DNA from: an uncultured Myxococcales bacterium
GTDB taxonomy: Bacteria; Myxococcota_A; Polyangia; DRWM01; JAAZOP01
Direction: 5' to 3'
Assembly: GCA_964568275.1 (NCBI GenBank)
Contig: CAZMRP010000001.1
Coordinates: 8,382 to 72,381 of the forward strand
Length of the DNA stretch: 64,000 nt
In this document: piece after piece, positions 19,445 to 29,414 of the stretch
Position numbering within the stretch: the first letter of the stretch is position 1
Layout: each line of letters starts with the position of its first letter
Notes under the pieces: generated by a model
What the model was told of the DNA's origin: nothing
Databases searched by the model: none
What the model saw: only the letters and a program-made list of their open reading frames with translations
Translations under genes and position numbers: made by a program

Positions 19445-20440
19445 CTACAGTTCCACCCGCGAAAAGTGCGGGTAGATCCGGTAGAACTTCTTGAACACCT
19501 CGAAGGGATCGGTCCCCATGTCCGAAGTCGGCAGCTCGAAACCGAGTCTGGTCTTGGCGTCCTCGTTCGACTCCATCGTCAGCCTCTCCAGCGTCGATAG
19601 TGCAGGGAGGTCTAGCCGGTGTGGCGCATCCGTGGTCGTGTAGAACTCCCACCCCTTCACGAGGTCCTCGATGACCGTGTCGTCCGTCGGGACGACCACC
19701 AACGCCGCGGTGACCATCGCCTGGCCGTCGGCATAGTGCGTGGCGAGCGCCCAGACGATGCGGCGTTCACGGAAGCTGAGCGCCTCGTTGTCGACAGCCA
19801 GCTTCACGGCGCGCAGGAGGCTCGGTCCGTACGTCTTGAGGGTCATGCCCTCTGCAGTCAGCCCGCTGGGGAACAACGCGCCCAAACGCTCCCTGAGGCG
19901 CGCGAGGCGCCACTCGTGGATCGTCGGCTTCATGGAGCGGTCCTCCGACGCCTCGCCTTCGAGTTCGACCGAGAGGTCCTTCGGGTCAGGGTTCCCTAGA
20001 GACGCCGGGTTCGCGTTCAGCGTCAAGCGCACGATGCTGCCGAGCGGCACGGTGCCGATGGTGCGTGCGAAGCGCTCGATCTGCGTCGTGATGCCCCGGG
20101 GCTCGGAGTAGTCGAACCAGACGATGACGGGTGTGTCGAAGTCGGTCTCGTCGAGGTGGTCCTCGAGGGTCCTGTGAACGCACTCGATGGAGGCGATCGG
20201 TCGATTGAAAGCCTGGCGCAAGTGCACCTACTCCTCCGTCTCGATGCACGTCATCTTGGCGATGCCCAACCGCCCGTGGACCAACCGGAAATCCTCGAGG
20301 AACGGCCCACCGAGCCCGACGTAGTGGTACTTCTCGAGCCCAAGCGTCGGCGTCAGCCGCATCAAGAGCGACAGGAACAGTTCGCGGTCCACGGCCTTGT
20401 TCGGCCGCAACCTGTACGGAAGTGAAGAGCCGGCGGTCAT
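19445..20440 (-). pseudogene. single ~330-aa reading frame interrupted by in-frame TAG at 20228-20230 (70-aa and 260-aa halves); unknown function
   Basis: The 70-aa ORF ends ...IETEE-TAG and the next codon GTG, in the same frame, opens the 260-aa ORF. Sits between the GHKL ATPase and drmA. Confidence 0.45.
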
Positions 20441-20442
20441 GG

Positions 20443-21864
20443 TCAGCCACCCCGCTTCTTCGCCTTGGCCAGTGCCAGGTCGAAAGCCTTCTCGCCGACG
20501 ACACCGGGCTTCGCGTTCTCGTCGTCGAGCAACGCCTTGCCGACCAGGCGGATCTCCCCGGCAGGCTTCGAGAACGTGACCCGGCGCGAAGACGGCGTCT
20601 TGTTCGGGGGCTCGGGCAGTACCTTGTTCTTCTTCGGGTTGAACTCGACGCCCTCGTCGTCAGACCTCTTCGTGGCCTTTCGTTGAGCCACCGCCTCGAG
20701 CGCCTTGCTGAGCGACATCGGACGAGCGTCCTCCCAGTGTCGCGCCTGCTGCTGCTCGGCCTCCGCCTGGTTCTTCCACTGATTCGTGTAGTCGATCCAG
20801 ACGCGCATGCCCTCCTTCATCTTGACGAGGGACTCGAGCCACACGTTCGACGACGTGTCGAGGGCGCGCTTGGTCGTCGTGACCGGCAGCTTCTCGGCGC
20901 GCTTCGATCGGAACTCGATGATGCCGGTAATGATGGCAAACTGCGGGTGGTAGAGCGGGATGCCGTCGCCCCAGCCCGTGAGGCGCGTCTTGTCGCCGAC
21001 GATCACTGCGCGGTCGTTGCACAGCACCGTCCAACCTGCGGTCGGCGACGAACGATCGCGTTCGAACCCGGCGTCCTCGTCCTCATCGTTCCCGAAGCCT
21101 CGGTTGAGATTCCTGCCGACGGTGATCGAGACGACCACGCCGTCGATCGTCTTGCGAAACACGTAGGGCGCCGGGCCGTCCTCGCGCTGCGAGACGAGGA
21201 CTTCGACCCGAACGGGCTCCACCAATTTCCCGTTGAGTTCGACCTTCAGCCCCCACTGCAGGAAGATCGTGAAGTGCTCGGAGATGGCCTTGCGCACCTT
21301 CTCTACGAACGCGTCGTTCTCGAAGTGCCGCGCGACGCCCTCGTAGAGTTCCTTGACGATGATCGTGGTGCCCGGCTCCGCAAGTTTCTCGCTCGCCTCC
21401 GTCGGTTCGTTGATGGGCAGCGGATCCCAGTTCTTCGCCTCGAGCCACTGCGAGGTGATGGGCACCTCGAACGTGTTGCCACCATGCCGCGTTCGGACGA
21501 GCGACTCCCTCCCCATCTTGAAGATCGCGCGCTTCATGCCGACGCCGTACATGCCGATGGTCTCGGTGTCCGAGTCGCGGTCGTCGTCGGGCTCCCGGCC
21601 CATCTTGAAGGCGTAGTTGATGGCGACATCGCGCGGGATGCCGCCGCAGTTGTCCTCGATCGAGAAGTGGTCCTTCGCGAGAGAGATGTTCACGGAGTGC
21701 TTGGCGTAGTCCACCTTGTCGCCGTTGGCGACGCGCATCGCGCCGTCGAGGCAATTGTCGAGAAGGTCGAGGATGGCGTCGTCGAGGCTGATGTCTCGCG
21801 TCAGCATCGATACGAAGAACTGCTTGGTCGGAGTCGCCTGCGCTTTGTCTGTGCTCTGTTTCAT
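20443..21864 (-). CDS. GHKL (Bergerat-fold, MORC/HATPase_c-like) ATPase
   Basis: N-box ILDLLDNCLDGA, G1 IEDNCGGI, G2 GMYGVGMKRA; start overlaps drmMI stop by 4 nt. Confidence 0.65.
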   Translation of the reverse strand: MKQSTDKAQATPTKQFFVSMLTRDISLDDAILDLLDNCLDGAMRVANGDKVDYAKHSVNISLAKDHFSIEDNCGGIPRDVAINYAFKMGREPDDDRDSDTETIGMYGVGMKRAIFKMGRESLVRTRHGGNTFEVPITSQWLEAKNWDPLPINEPTEASEKLAEPGTTIIVKELYEGVARHFENDAFVEKVRKAISEHFTIFLQWGLKVELNGKLVEPVRVEVLVSQREDGPAPYVFRKTIDGVVVSITVGRNLNRGFGNDEDEDAGFERDRSSPTAGWTVLCNDRAVIVGDKTRLTGWGDGIPLYHPQFAIITGIIEFRSKRAEKLPVTTTKRALDTSSNVWLESLVKMKEGMRVWIDYTNQWKNQAEAEQQQARHWEDARPMSLSKALEAVAQRKATKRSDDEGVEFNPKKNKVLPEPPNKTPSSRRVTFSKPAGEIRLVGKALLDDENAKPGVVGEKAFDLALAKAKKRGG

Positions 21865-24800
21865 CGGCTGGCCCTCCGTTTGCTGGCCTTCTTCGCAGGC
21901 GCCGCGTTCGTCTTGGAATTCCTCGACTCGCTCGGCTCGACCTCAGGCGCCTCAACGCCCCTGCGCGTAGTTGCTGCGACAAATAGATCTTCAACCGAAG
22001 CGTTGAGTTCGCGCTCAAGAGCGGTACGATCCTCGTGCGACAAGCGTCCGTGGAGGCGCCGTGCAAGACTGGCGATCCGCTCGCTCAATTCGAGTCCTTG
22101 GTCAGGGAACACCATCGGCAATCTCCCCAATAGTGTGGGCTTTACCTGCGCCATGACGCGGCCTTCTTCCTGCGAGAAGACGCGGTAAACCCGCGCCATG
22201 AGGTCCGAATTCAATATGCCCGCCAGAAAGTACGGATCGATGTCGTGACGAGGGGCGAGCACGTAGACACCGTCCAGTGCGTAACGTTGCTCTTTGTCGA
22301 CTGCGACCTTCGGGCGGTCAGCGGTGATGACGCCCAAGAGCTTCGGGGTCCGCTCGAAAACGCGCCGCTCTCTCGCTCTGTGAAGCGCATGAAGCTCGTG
22401 TTTTCCGTCCTTCACTTCCTTGCAGGTGATCTTGTGCGCGTTACGCAGAACCCATTTCACGATATTTGGAACCGACTCGGGCTTGGTGCTCTTGTCCGTG
22501 TAGATGAGTAGAGGAAGACCTGCAGCTACTTCGAAGGGGCGCACATGAACGCCGCCTGTAACTACCGGACGGAGCACTTCTTCTTCAAGCCGCTCTTTCC
22601 GCGCTAACGATTCATCGACAACGAACACGTCCTTGTTGTCCGCACTCGCGCCGCGCTGGATCCCGAGGTCGTCGATAAGATTCGCAAGTTTACACTCTGC
22701 CTTCAGGACCAACGCGGCTACTTCCCGGTATTCGCCAACATCAGTCGTTGGAATGACGCATCCCGGGAAGGAGGCGACGGCAGCTGACGAAAGCGACTGT
22801 GTCTCATGGTGGCCTGTTGCCCACTTCTCGATGCTTAGCTCATATTCCGCCGATGGGTCGCGACACGCGGCGAAGACCACAAAGCAGCATGGCCGGACGA
22901 CCTTGAGAAACACGCCCTCGCCCAGGTCGCAGACGGTTACGAGGCGGTGGTGTCGAAGAAGATGCTCTCGGAGAGGCTGTGAATAGCCTTGGTAGAGAAG
23001 CACGTCGGGGACCACCAATCCGGAGAACCCATTGTGCGTGTGGTATCTTGAGGACCCCGAAACCATCAGGTGCCCGGCTCGCAAGATGAATAGATGGAAT
23101 GAATCAACAAGCCGCCCAAGCTTGTCGCCGTCGATCGTTTTCCAGAGCCGCTGCAACTCGTCGGCAAGACGTGCACCCCACGGCGGGTTGGACAACACGG
23201 CATCAAACCCCTGTCGTGCCATGCTGAACACTTCAGGAAACTCGAGCGGCCAGTGCAACGGGCGCAGGTGGTTGGAGACCGTCGCCAACGACCTGCGCTG
23301 GTTGTCACCGTTCACGAGCCGATCCGCACTAACGGCGAACCCCGCAAGTCGCGACTCCAGCACTCGATCGGTCTCCGCTGTCAGTACGGTCGATATGAAT
23401 TCATCGGCCAGTTCCTCCGAGACGCTGATCTTCTCGCGGGCAGCGGCATCGAGCGAGGCCATCGCCTCCACGTCGCGAATGTCACGGATAGGCATCTGGC
23501 GTAGCTGAAGGCGGATCGCCAACGCCTCCTCGACGGCCTGTCTGACGTTCCTCCCGAAGAGTCGTCCTTGCGTCTGCTGCTTCGGAGCCATCGACAGCTC
23601 CGTGAGTTGTTCGAGGCAGGTGATACCGAGCAGGCTGTCGCCACACCGCAGGTTGTGGTCGAGGAATCCGAAGGGGCGGCCCTTCGCGATCGTGACGAGC
23701 CAGAGAGAGAGCTTGGCGAGTTCGACGGCGAGCGGATTCAGGTCGACACCGTACAGGCAGCGCTCCGCGACGAGACGACGAGCCTGCTCAGCCCGCGCCT
23801 CCGCGGTGGCGGGGATCGGTTCCACGTCGGCACCTGCTCCGTGGACTCGGCCCTCGATATTGACCGCGTTGCCGGCGGCCTCGGCGATGCCCCACGCTTC
23901 GACCACCCTCGCGCTGAGACACCGGCACGCCTGGACCAGGAACGCTCCCGAGCCCATCGCCGGATCGCAGACCTTCAGGTCCAGGAGTTCCGCAGGCGAC
24001 TTCAGCGTCCAGGATTCCCTGGGCGCTCCCTTCGCCGGCCCATCGTAGACCAGGGGCGTCAGCGTCTCTTCGACGATCTTCTCGGTCAGGCTCTTCGGGG
24101 TGTAGTGCGTTCCGGTCTCTCGTCGGTCGATTCCCATCACGACGACGAAGGCGCCCTCGGGATGGACGAGCGGGTAGCCCCACGGATCCGTGCGCAGCAG
24201 CCACGCGTAGGGCTCGAGTCGATCTCGCAGCGCGACGTCTCCGCGGCACGCCGTCAGGAGCCGAGCGCCGAGTCGTGCGTCGACCTCGTGCTCAAGCGCA
24301 TTCCGGATGGAGGACTCGGAACGGCGAGTCCTCTCCACGAAGAGAGCGACGACCGCGTCGTCGCCGTCCAGTCGAGCCGACTCCAGCTCTCCGAGAGTCA
24401 CCCGCGGGTCTTTCGCCTGAGCGCCGCTCTCCAGCTCCAGGGTCACGTCGTCGACCCGTTTCACGGTCCTCTCCAGCAGACCCTCGTATACGTGGCCTAT
24501 CTGCTCGACATCGAGAGCGCGATACGAGAGCGTGCGCCCCTCGAAGGTCTGGATGGCGTCGAGGAGGAGGAGCACGGTCCGGTCGTCGATGGGCAGAGGA
24601 GCGGCCGGATGATGTCTCCAGCTCGATCCCTTGGACCGGCCCTCGAGGAACGGGAAGCGGTCGGGATCGAAGAGCGAGCCGCCCATCGCAGGGAGATGGA
24701 GGGTCGGGTGGTCGATGCCCCCGAAGACCGCGCGGAACACCGCCAGCAAACGCGACCACGCAGAGCGTCGCCGTTCGAGGATCTCCTCGCTCTCGACCCT

Positions 24801-25739
24801 CAGCTGCATTCGGAGCGTCGAGACCGCGTAGAACGAATCGTACCTCGGCTCGCCCAGCAGCAGGAGCCCGCGCTCCTCGGCCGCTAGGAGGAAGACGAGC
24901 CGCATCATGACCGTCAAGCCGGCCTCGTAGAGCTCCTGGGGCTTCACATCTCTGAGAAGCTCTCGATTGCGGTCCTGGTCGGCACGGTCGAGGGCCTGGA
25001 CCAGCACCTCGACTGCACGTCGAACGTGCTCGCCGAGGGCGTCTGTCACCTCGTCCTGGTGCTTCAGCGATCTCTCGAAGAGGCTCGGGAGACGGTCCTG
25101 CTCGGGTCCGAAGAGACGGCGCACGCCGAGCAGCGACGCGAACGCGCGGAGCGTCTCCGGCTCCTGACCCCACAGACGAGCGTACCAGCTCGCGAACGTG
25201 GACACCTGGCCCACCGGAGCATGGACGACCATCCAGCGTTCGCCGTTCGTCACGACGCCGAGCGGACAGCCCACCGCTCGCAGATGCATGGCCATGCGAT
25301 CGGCCGGCGAGCACGACAGTCCTCCGAATCGCATCGAAGCGACCAGATCGGTGTCGGGGGAGAAGACGTGCACCGGAACCAGGAGCGCATCCGAGCGAGC
25401 GGGGTCCACCAGAGCCCAGTCCGGCACGATCGCCGTATCGTGTTCGGGCAGATCCGCGCGAGCCGCGGAAGGAACGCGGTCGCCGCGCCGGAGCAGCTCG
25501 TCATCCGCCTCGAGCGCGGTGCGCAGGACCTCCTCGACCCAGGCCTCGTGGAGCCGTCCGAGGTCGCTGTCCTCCGAGTCCACGGCGTCCCGCCACTCTT
25601 CGTAGGCGCTGCGGAGCCGCCTGGCGCGGAGGGCATCCAGTTCCTCCAGTCCCTGCGGGAACGCTTCCCGGAGGACCGGGAGAGCCAGGAAGGGGCCCGA
25701 GACCTCGATGAGCTCCAGCCACTCGTGATTGCGGCTCAT
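21861..25739 (-). CDS. drmMI: large N6-adenine DNA methyltransferase, DISARM DrmMI-like
   Basis: Motif I DPAMGSGAFLV, motif IV VLSNPPWG; 1292 aa; 4-nt overlaps on both sides. Confidence 0.75.
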   Translation of the reverse strand: MSRNHEWLELIEVSGPFLALPVLREAFPQGLEELDALRARRLRSAYEEWRDAVDSEDSDLGRLHEAWVEEVLRTALEADDELLRRGDRVPSAARADLPEHDTAIVPDWALVDPARSDALLVPVHVFSPDTDLVASMRFGGLSCSPADRMAMHLRAVGCPLGVVTNGERWMVVHAPVGQVSTFASWYARLWGQEPETLRAFASLLGVRRLFGPEQDRLPSLFERSLKHQDEVTDALGEHVRRAVEVLVQALDRADQDRNRELLRDVKPQELYEAGLTVMMRLVFLLAAEERGLLLLGEPRYDSFYAVSTLRMQLRVESEEILERRRSAWSRLLAVFRAVFGGIDHPTLHLPAMGGSLFDPDRFPFLEGRSKGSSWRHHPAAPLPIDDRTVLLLLDAIQTFEGRTLSYRALDVEQIGHVYEGLLERTVKRVDDVTLELESGAQAKDPRVTLGELESARLDGDDAVVALFVERTRRSESSIRNALEHEVDARLGARLLTACRGDVALRDRLEPYAWLLRTDPWGYPLVHPEGAFVVVMGIDRRETGTHYTPKSLTEKIVEETLTPLVYDGPAKGAPRESWTLKSPAELLDLKVCDPAMGSGAFLVQACRCLSARVVEAWGIAEAAGNAVNIEGRVHGAGADVEPIPATAEARAEQARRLVAERCLYGVDLNPLAVELAKLSLWLVTIAKGRPFGFLDHNLRCGDSLLGITCLEQLTELSMAPKQQTQGRLFGRNVRQAVEEALAIRLQLRQMPIRDIRDVEAMASLDAAAREKISVSEELADEFISTVLTAETDRVLESRLAGFAVSADRLVNGDNQRRSLATVSNHLRPLHWPLEFPEVFSMARQGFDAVLSNPPWGARLADELQRLWKTIDGDKLGRLVDSFHLFILRAGHLMVSGSSRYHTHNGFSGLVVPDVLLYQGYSQPLREHLLRHHRLVTVCDLGEGVFLKVVRPCCFVVFAACRDPSAEYELSIEKWATGHHETQSLSSAAVASFPGCVIPTTDVGEYREVAALVLKAECKLANLIDDLGIQRGASADNKDVFVVDESLARKERLEEEVLRPVVTGGVHVRPFEVAAGLPLLIYTDKSTKPESVPNIVKWVLRNAHKITCKEVKDGKHELHALHRARERRVFERTPKLLGVITADRPKVAVDKEQRYALDGVYVLAPRHDIDPYFLAGILNSDLMARVYRVFSQEEGRVMAQVKPTLLGRLPMVFPDQGLELSERIASLARRLHGRLSHEDRTALERELNASVEDLFVAATTRRGVEAPEVEPSESRNSKTNAAPAKKASKRRASR

Positions 25740-28700
25740 CGCTTCTTCCCCTCGCTGAGCGACTCGGGCACGAGGAAGACCACGGCCACCGGGAAGGTGT
25801 GCTCCACGAGGTCCGTGTGGCGTTCTTCTATGGCCTTCCGTTCACGTTCCCGCTCGTCCGGTATCCGCGCGAGCCGCGCCTCGAGAGCCGCTCGGTCCCG
25901 CCGGAGCTGGGTCCGCTCGTCCTCGGAGAAGAGCGATAGCTGGCGGGGCTCCTCGTCCTTCTCCAGCTCGGACTCGAGGTTGGCGGCGAGGTCGTCGAGG
26001 AGCTGCATCATGTCCTCGATCTCGCGGCGCTTGCGGATCTCGATGGTGTTGCCGAGCGTGCGGAGCCTCTCTCTCGAGCGTGCCTCGACGGCACCCAGCA
26101 CCGCATCCGTGTGTTTCTCGAAGCGAGCCCTGAGCGCGTCGAAGAGCGACTGCGGCACCTGCCCGGGTCGCGAAGAAGCGAGCCACTCGCGCAGGCTCGT
26201 CACCCGGTCTTCTCGCTTGAAGCTCCCGTCGCGGAGATGGCCACCGGCCTCGGTCAGCTCTTCGTGGAGGCGGTGGTGGTTCCCGCCCGTGATCACCAGA
26301 CGCGAGAGCACGGCGACAGCAGGAGTCTCCAGCTTCGCGTCCGGCACCGTCCGGACGGTCGCGCGATTCAGCTTCTTCACGTCGTCGCGCGCCCAGACCT
26401 CGGCCCGGAGGAGCCGCAGGCTCATCTGGACCAGAGGGTGGTTGAGATGGACGAGAACGACGTCGTCGCGACCCTTGGCGACCTCGTGGTCGAATGTGAT
26501 CGGGCGAATCCGCTTCGTGTAAGGGTGCTCGAGTCCATCGAGACAGCGCGACCACGACCCGGCCAGCGGCGGGAGGTGGAACACCTTGGCTCCGGCGGCT
26601 CCTTCCAAGCCTGTCGGAACGAGGTCCGGCTTGTCCGTCAACCGCAACGCCGTCCTCACCGCTCGCGCGATACGGTCCGGCGTGAGATGCTGCTCGCTCC
26701 GAGTGGTCGTCAGTCGTTCGTGCAGCTTGGCGATCCGCTCGCGGAGATCGCGCTCGGCTCTGATGTACTTGCGAGCGCGCTCCATCCGCTTCTCGGCCAG
26801 GGCGGTGTCCAGCTCTCGCCGCCGGCCTTCGAGCAGAGCGGGAAGCTGCGGTGCGATCACGGGATTCACGCTTCCCATGTCGGCCCGCATCGCGTCGAGC
26901 TTCCTGAGTGCGCGGAGGATGTCGTCCCCGTGGTTGCCGCTTGCGTCGACCGGGTGCCAGATCACGACTTCTCTCTGCTTCTGGCCGTGGCGATCGATGC
27001 GCCCGTTGCGCTGCTCCATCACGTTCGGGTTGTAGGGGATCTCGATGTGAATCAGGAGATTGCAGTGGTTCTGGAGGTCGATGCCTTCCGATGCGGCATC
27101 CGTCGCGAGAAGGATGCGGACCGGAGAATCCTTCGGATCCGCCTGGAACGCCGCCTTGACGGCCTCCCGGTCCTTGGGGTCCATGCCTCCGAAGATCAGC
27201 GCGAGGCGCTCGCCTCCGAAGCCGTGGGTCGCGAGTATCTCGTGGAGCCAGGCCTGCGTCGTGCGGTACTCCGTGAAGAGGATGACGCGGCGGTCCGTCC
27301 AGCGACCGTCGGGGCGGATGTGTTCTCCGAGCCAGGCGATCAGCGCCCCAGCTTTGGAGTCCGGCTGCCGGGAAGCTCGTCGTGCCCAGGAACGCAGCGC
27401 CTCTGCCTGCCGGCGCTCGTCCGCGGACAGGCGTCTCAGTCGCCGACTCGCCTCCTCCACGGCGTCGCCCTCGGCGGATTCGCGGATCTCGTCGTCGGCG
27501 TAGTCCTCCTCGGTCTTCGCGATGGCGCGCCTGAGAATGCGGTCGTCGAGCCGTGACGAACGGCTCGTGCCGACCCGCTGACCTTCGATGGTGGCGATGT
27601 ATCGCTCGAAGGTCGATGCGAAGGCCGCGGGCGACGAGGCCAGTCTCTTGCGGAGCAATCGATGGATGAAATGCGAAGCGGCGCCTTCCTGCTCGTCCTG
27701 CTTCTCGCGGCTGGCGATGTACTCGACTAGCAGCCGACGCGCGTCTCGCTCGTCCTCGGTGTAGTCGACTTCGAGAGCCTCGAGCCGTCTTTCGGGATGG
27801 ATGCGATTGCCCTCGCCGTCGACCAGGTCGCCCTTGAGACGACGGACCATCACTCGTGCCAGTTGCTCCTCGGACGGAAGGACGTTGCGCGAGAATCGCT
27901 GGTCGTCCAGCAGCTCGAGCAACGCGGTGAAGGACTCCGTGTATCCGTCGTGCGGCGTCGCGGTCAGGAAGAGCTTGTGCTGGAAGTGGGGCGCCAGCAG
28001 GCGCACGAGTCGGGTGCGGAGGCTCTCCACCGCGTATCTGCCCACCGTCGGTGCGACGTTGTGCGCCTCGTCCACGATCAGCAGGTCGAAGCGCCTCGGG
28101 AAGCTCGGGTGCGAAGGAAGCGTGTCTCGCAGGAGCCGGATGCCCTCGCCTTGCTTGATCCAGTCGATCGATGCGATGAGCCTCGGAAATGAAGTCCACG
28201 GATTGGCGTGCACGCCGCGATCTCTGCGTAGTCTCTTGACATAGTCGGTGTCGACGATGAGGAAGTCGAGACCGAACTTCTCGATCATCTCGGTGCGCCA
28301 CTTCTCCTGCAGCGACGCCGGGCACAGGACGAGAATCGTGCGAGCCCGATGGCGGAGCAGCATCTCCTGGACTACGAGGCCGGCCTCGATGGTCTTGCCG
28401 AGGCCGACGTCGTCCGCGATCAGCAGGTTGGTCCGAGCCATGTCTATCGCACGGACCAGCGGATCGAGCTGATAGTCCTCGATGCTGACGCCGCTGCGAA
28501 ACGGTGCCTGGAGATAGCCGTGATCCGCATTGGTCGCAGCACCCCATCGGACGGCGTCGAGGAAGGCCTCGAGGTCCTCCGGCGGGTCGAGCGCAGCGAG
28601 GGTCGGAAGACCGGCGCGCTCGATGACATGCGCTCCAGGCTCGAGCTCCCAGAGGACCTCGAGTTCTTCGCCGAGCGCGTCTTCGTCTATGGATGCGAGC

Positions 28701-28819
28701 TTGACGAGACTGCGCTTCGGAAGCTCGGGGGCCGCCGCGGCGGCATCGACGTCCGAGACGATCCACTGTCGGCGTCTAACTTCGACGAGTTGGCCAGGTT
28801 CGGGTGCGGTACCGTTCAT
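25736..28819 (-). CDS. drmD: SNF2-family helicase, DISARM DrmD-like
   Basis: GLGKTIEAG, LLIVDEAHNV, LFLTATPHDG, helicase-C ...NGRIDRHGQ. Start taken at ATG 28819 (MNGTAPEPGQ), not the ORF-track 29065. Confidence 0.75.
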   Translation of the reverse strand: MNGTAPEPGQLVEVRRRQWIVSDVDAAAAAPELPKRSLVKLASIDEDALGEELEVLWELEPGAHVIERAGLPTLAALDPPEDLEAFLDAVRWGAATNADHGYLQAPFRSGVSIEDYQLDPLVRAIDMARTNLLIADDVGLGKTIEAGLVVQEMLLRHRARTILVLCPASLQEKWRTEMIEKFGLDFLIVDTDYVKRLRRDRGVHANPWTSFPRLIASIDWIKQGEGIRLLRDTLPSHPSFPRRFDLLIVDEAHNVAPTVGRYAVESLRTRLVRLLAPHFQHKLFLTATPHDGYTESFTALLELLDDQRFSRNVLPSEEQLARVMVRRLKGDLVDGEGNRIHPERRLEALEVDYTEDERDARRLLVEYIASREKQDEQEGAASHFIHRLLRKRLASSPAAFASTFERYIATIEGQRVGTSRSSRLDDRILRRAIAKTEEDYADDEIRESAEGDAVEEASRRLRRLSADERRQAEALRSWARRASRQPDSKAGALIAWLGEHIRPDGRWTDRRVILFTEYRTTQAWLHEILATHGFGGERLALIFGGMDPKDREAVKAAFQADPKDSPVRILLATDAASEGIDLQNHCNLLIHIEIPYNPNVMEQRNGRIDRHGQKQREVVIWHPVDASGNHGDDILRALRKLDAMRADMGSVNPVIAPQLPALLEGRRRELDTALAEKRMERARKYIRAERDLRERIAKLHERLTTTRSEQHLTPDRIARAVRTALRLTDKPDLVPTGLEGAAGAKVFHLPPLAGSWSRCLDGLEHPYTKRIRPITFDHEVAKGRDDVVLVHLNHPLVQMSLRLLRAEVWARDDVKKLNRATVRTVPDAKLETPAVAVLSRLVITGGNHHRLHEELTEAGGHLRDGSFKREDRVTSLREWLASSRPGQVPQSLFDALRARFEKHTDAVLGAVEARSRERLRTLGNTIEIRKRREIEDMMQLLDDLAANLESELEKDEEPRQLSLFSEDERTQLRRDRAALEARLARIPDERERERKAIEERHTDLVEHTFPVAVVFLVPESLSEGKKR

Positions 28820-29313
28820 CGTCGCCGTCCGTTCTCGCCGGTGTCCGGCGCCAGTCTCCTGCAGGCGCGAGCGATACGTTCCACGATTCGGCGGTTCACT
28901 GGCCGACAGTCGTGCTCCCAGACACGGATTACCGTCCAGCCGGCTCCTTTCAGGCGCGCGGTCTGGCGACGATCGCGTTCCCTGTTCTCCTCCAGCTTGG
29001 GCAGCCAGTAGGAGGTGTTCGTCTTCGGGTATGTCGCATGCGCAGGGCAGCAGTGCCAGAAACATCCATCGACGAGGACTGCGACCTTGGCGCCCGGGAA
29101 CACGATATCGACGGCGATCTTCTCGATGCGGCGGTGCAGGCGAAACCTGAGGCCCTCAGCATGCAAGGCCGAACGAAGCGCGACCTCCGCGCCCGTGTTC
29201 TTCTGCATGACCCGCTTCATGATCTCGGAGCGAGTGAGCGGATCGCGAACCCGTCGAGCAGGCGTCCTTCCGCGTCTCTGCGCTCCGTCTCCACTCTCGG
29301 CGCGTCGAGTCAT
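28816..29313 (-). CDS. vsr: very-short-patch-repair endonuclease
   Basis: VDIVFPGAKVAVLVDGCFWHCC...WTVIRVWEHD; stop overlaps drmD start (ATGA). Confidence 0.8.
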   Translation of the reverse strand: MTRRAESGDGAQRRGRTPARRVRDPLTRSEIMKRVMQKNTGAEVALRSALHAEGLRFRLHRRIEKIAVDIVFPGAKVAVLVDGCFWHCCPAHATYPKTNTSYWLPKLEENRERDRRQTARLKGAGWTVIRVWEHDCRPVNRRIVERIARACRRLAPDTGENGRRR

Positions 29314-29414
29314 GTGCCGGTCTCCGACGACGATTCAGGGTGGAGATCGGGCCCCCTTTGCGGGACTATGCTCGGGAATCGGCTCTTGAATGCCCTCATG
29401 TGCCCCCCCCCAGT

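Noticed and set aside
28820-29065. 82-aa N-terminal extension of the SNF2/DrmD ORF
   Set aside because: It would overlap vsr entirely. ATG 28819 gives the characteristic ATGA coupling with the vsr stop.
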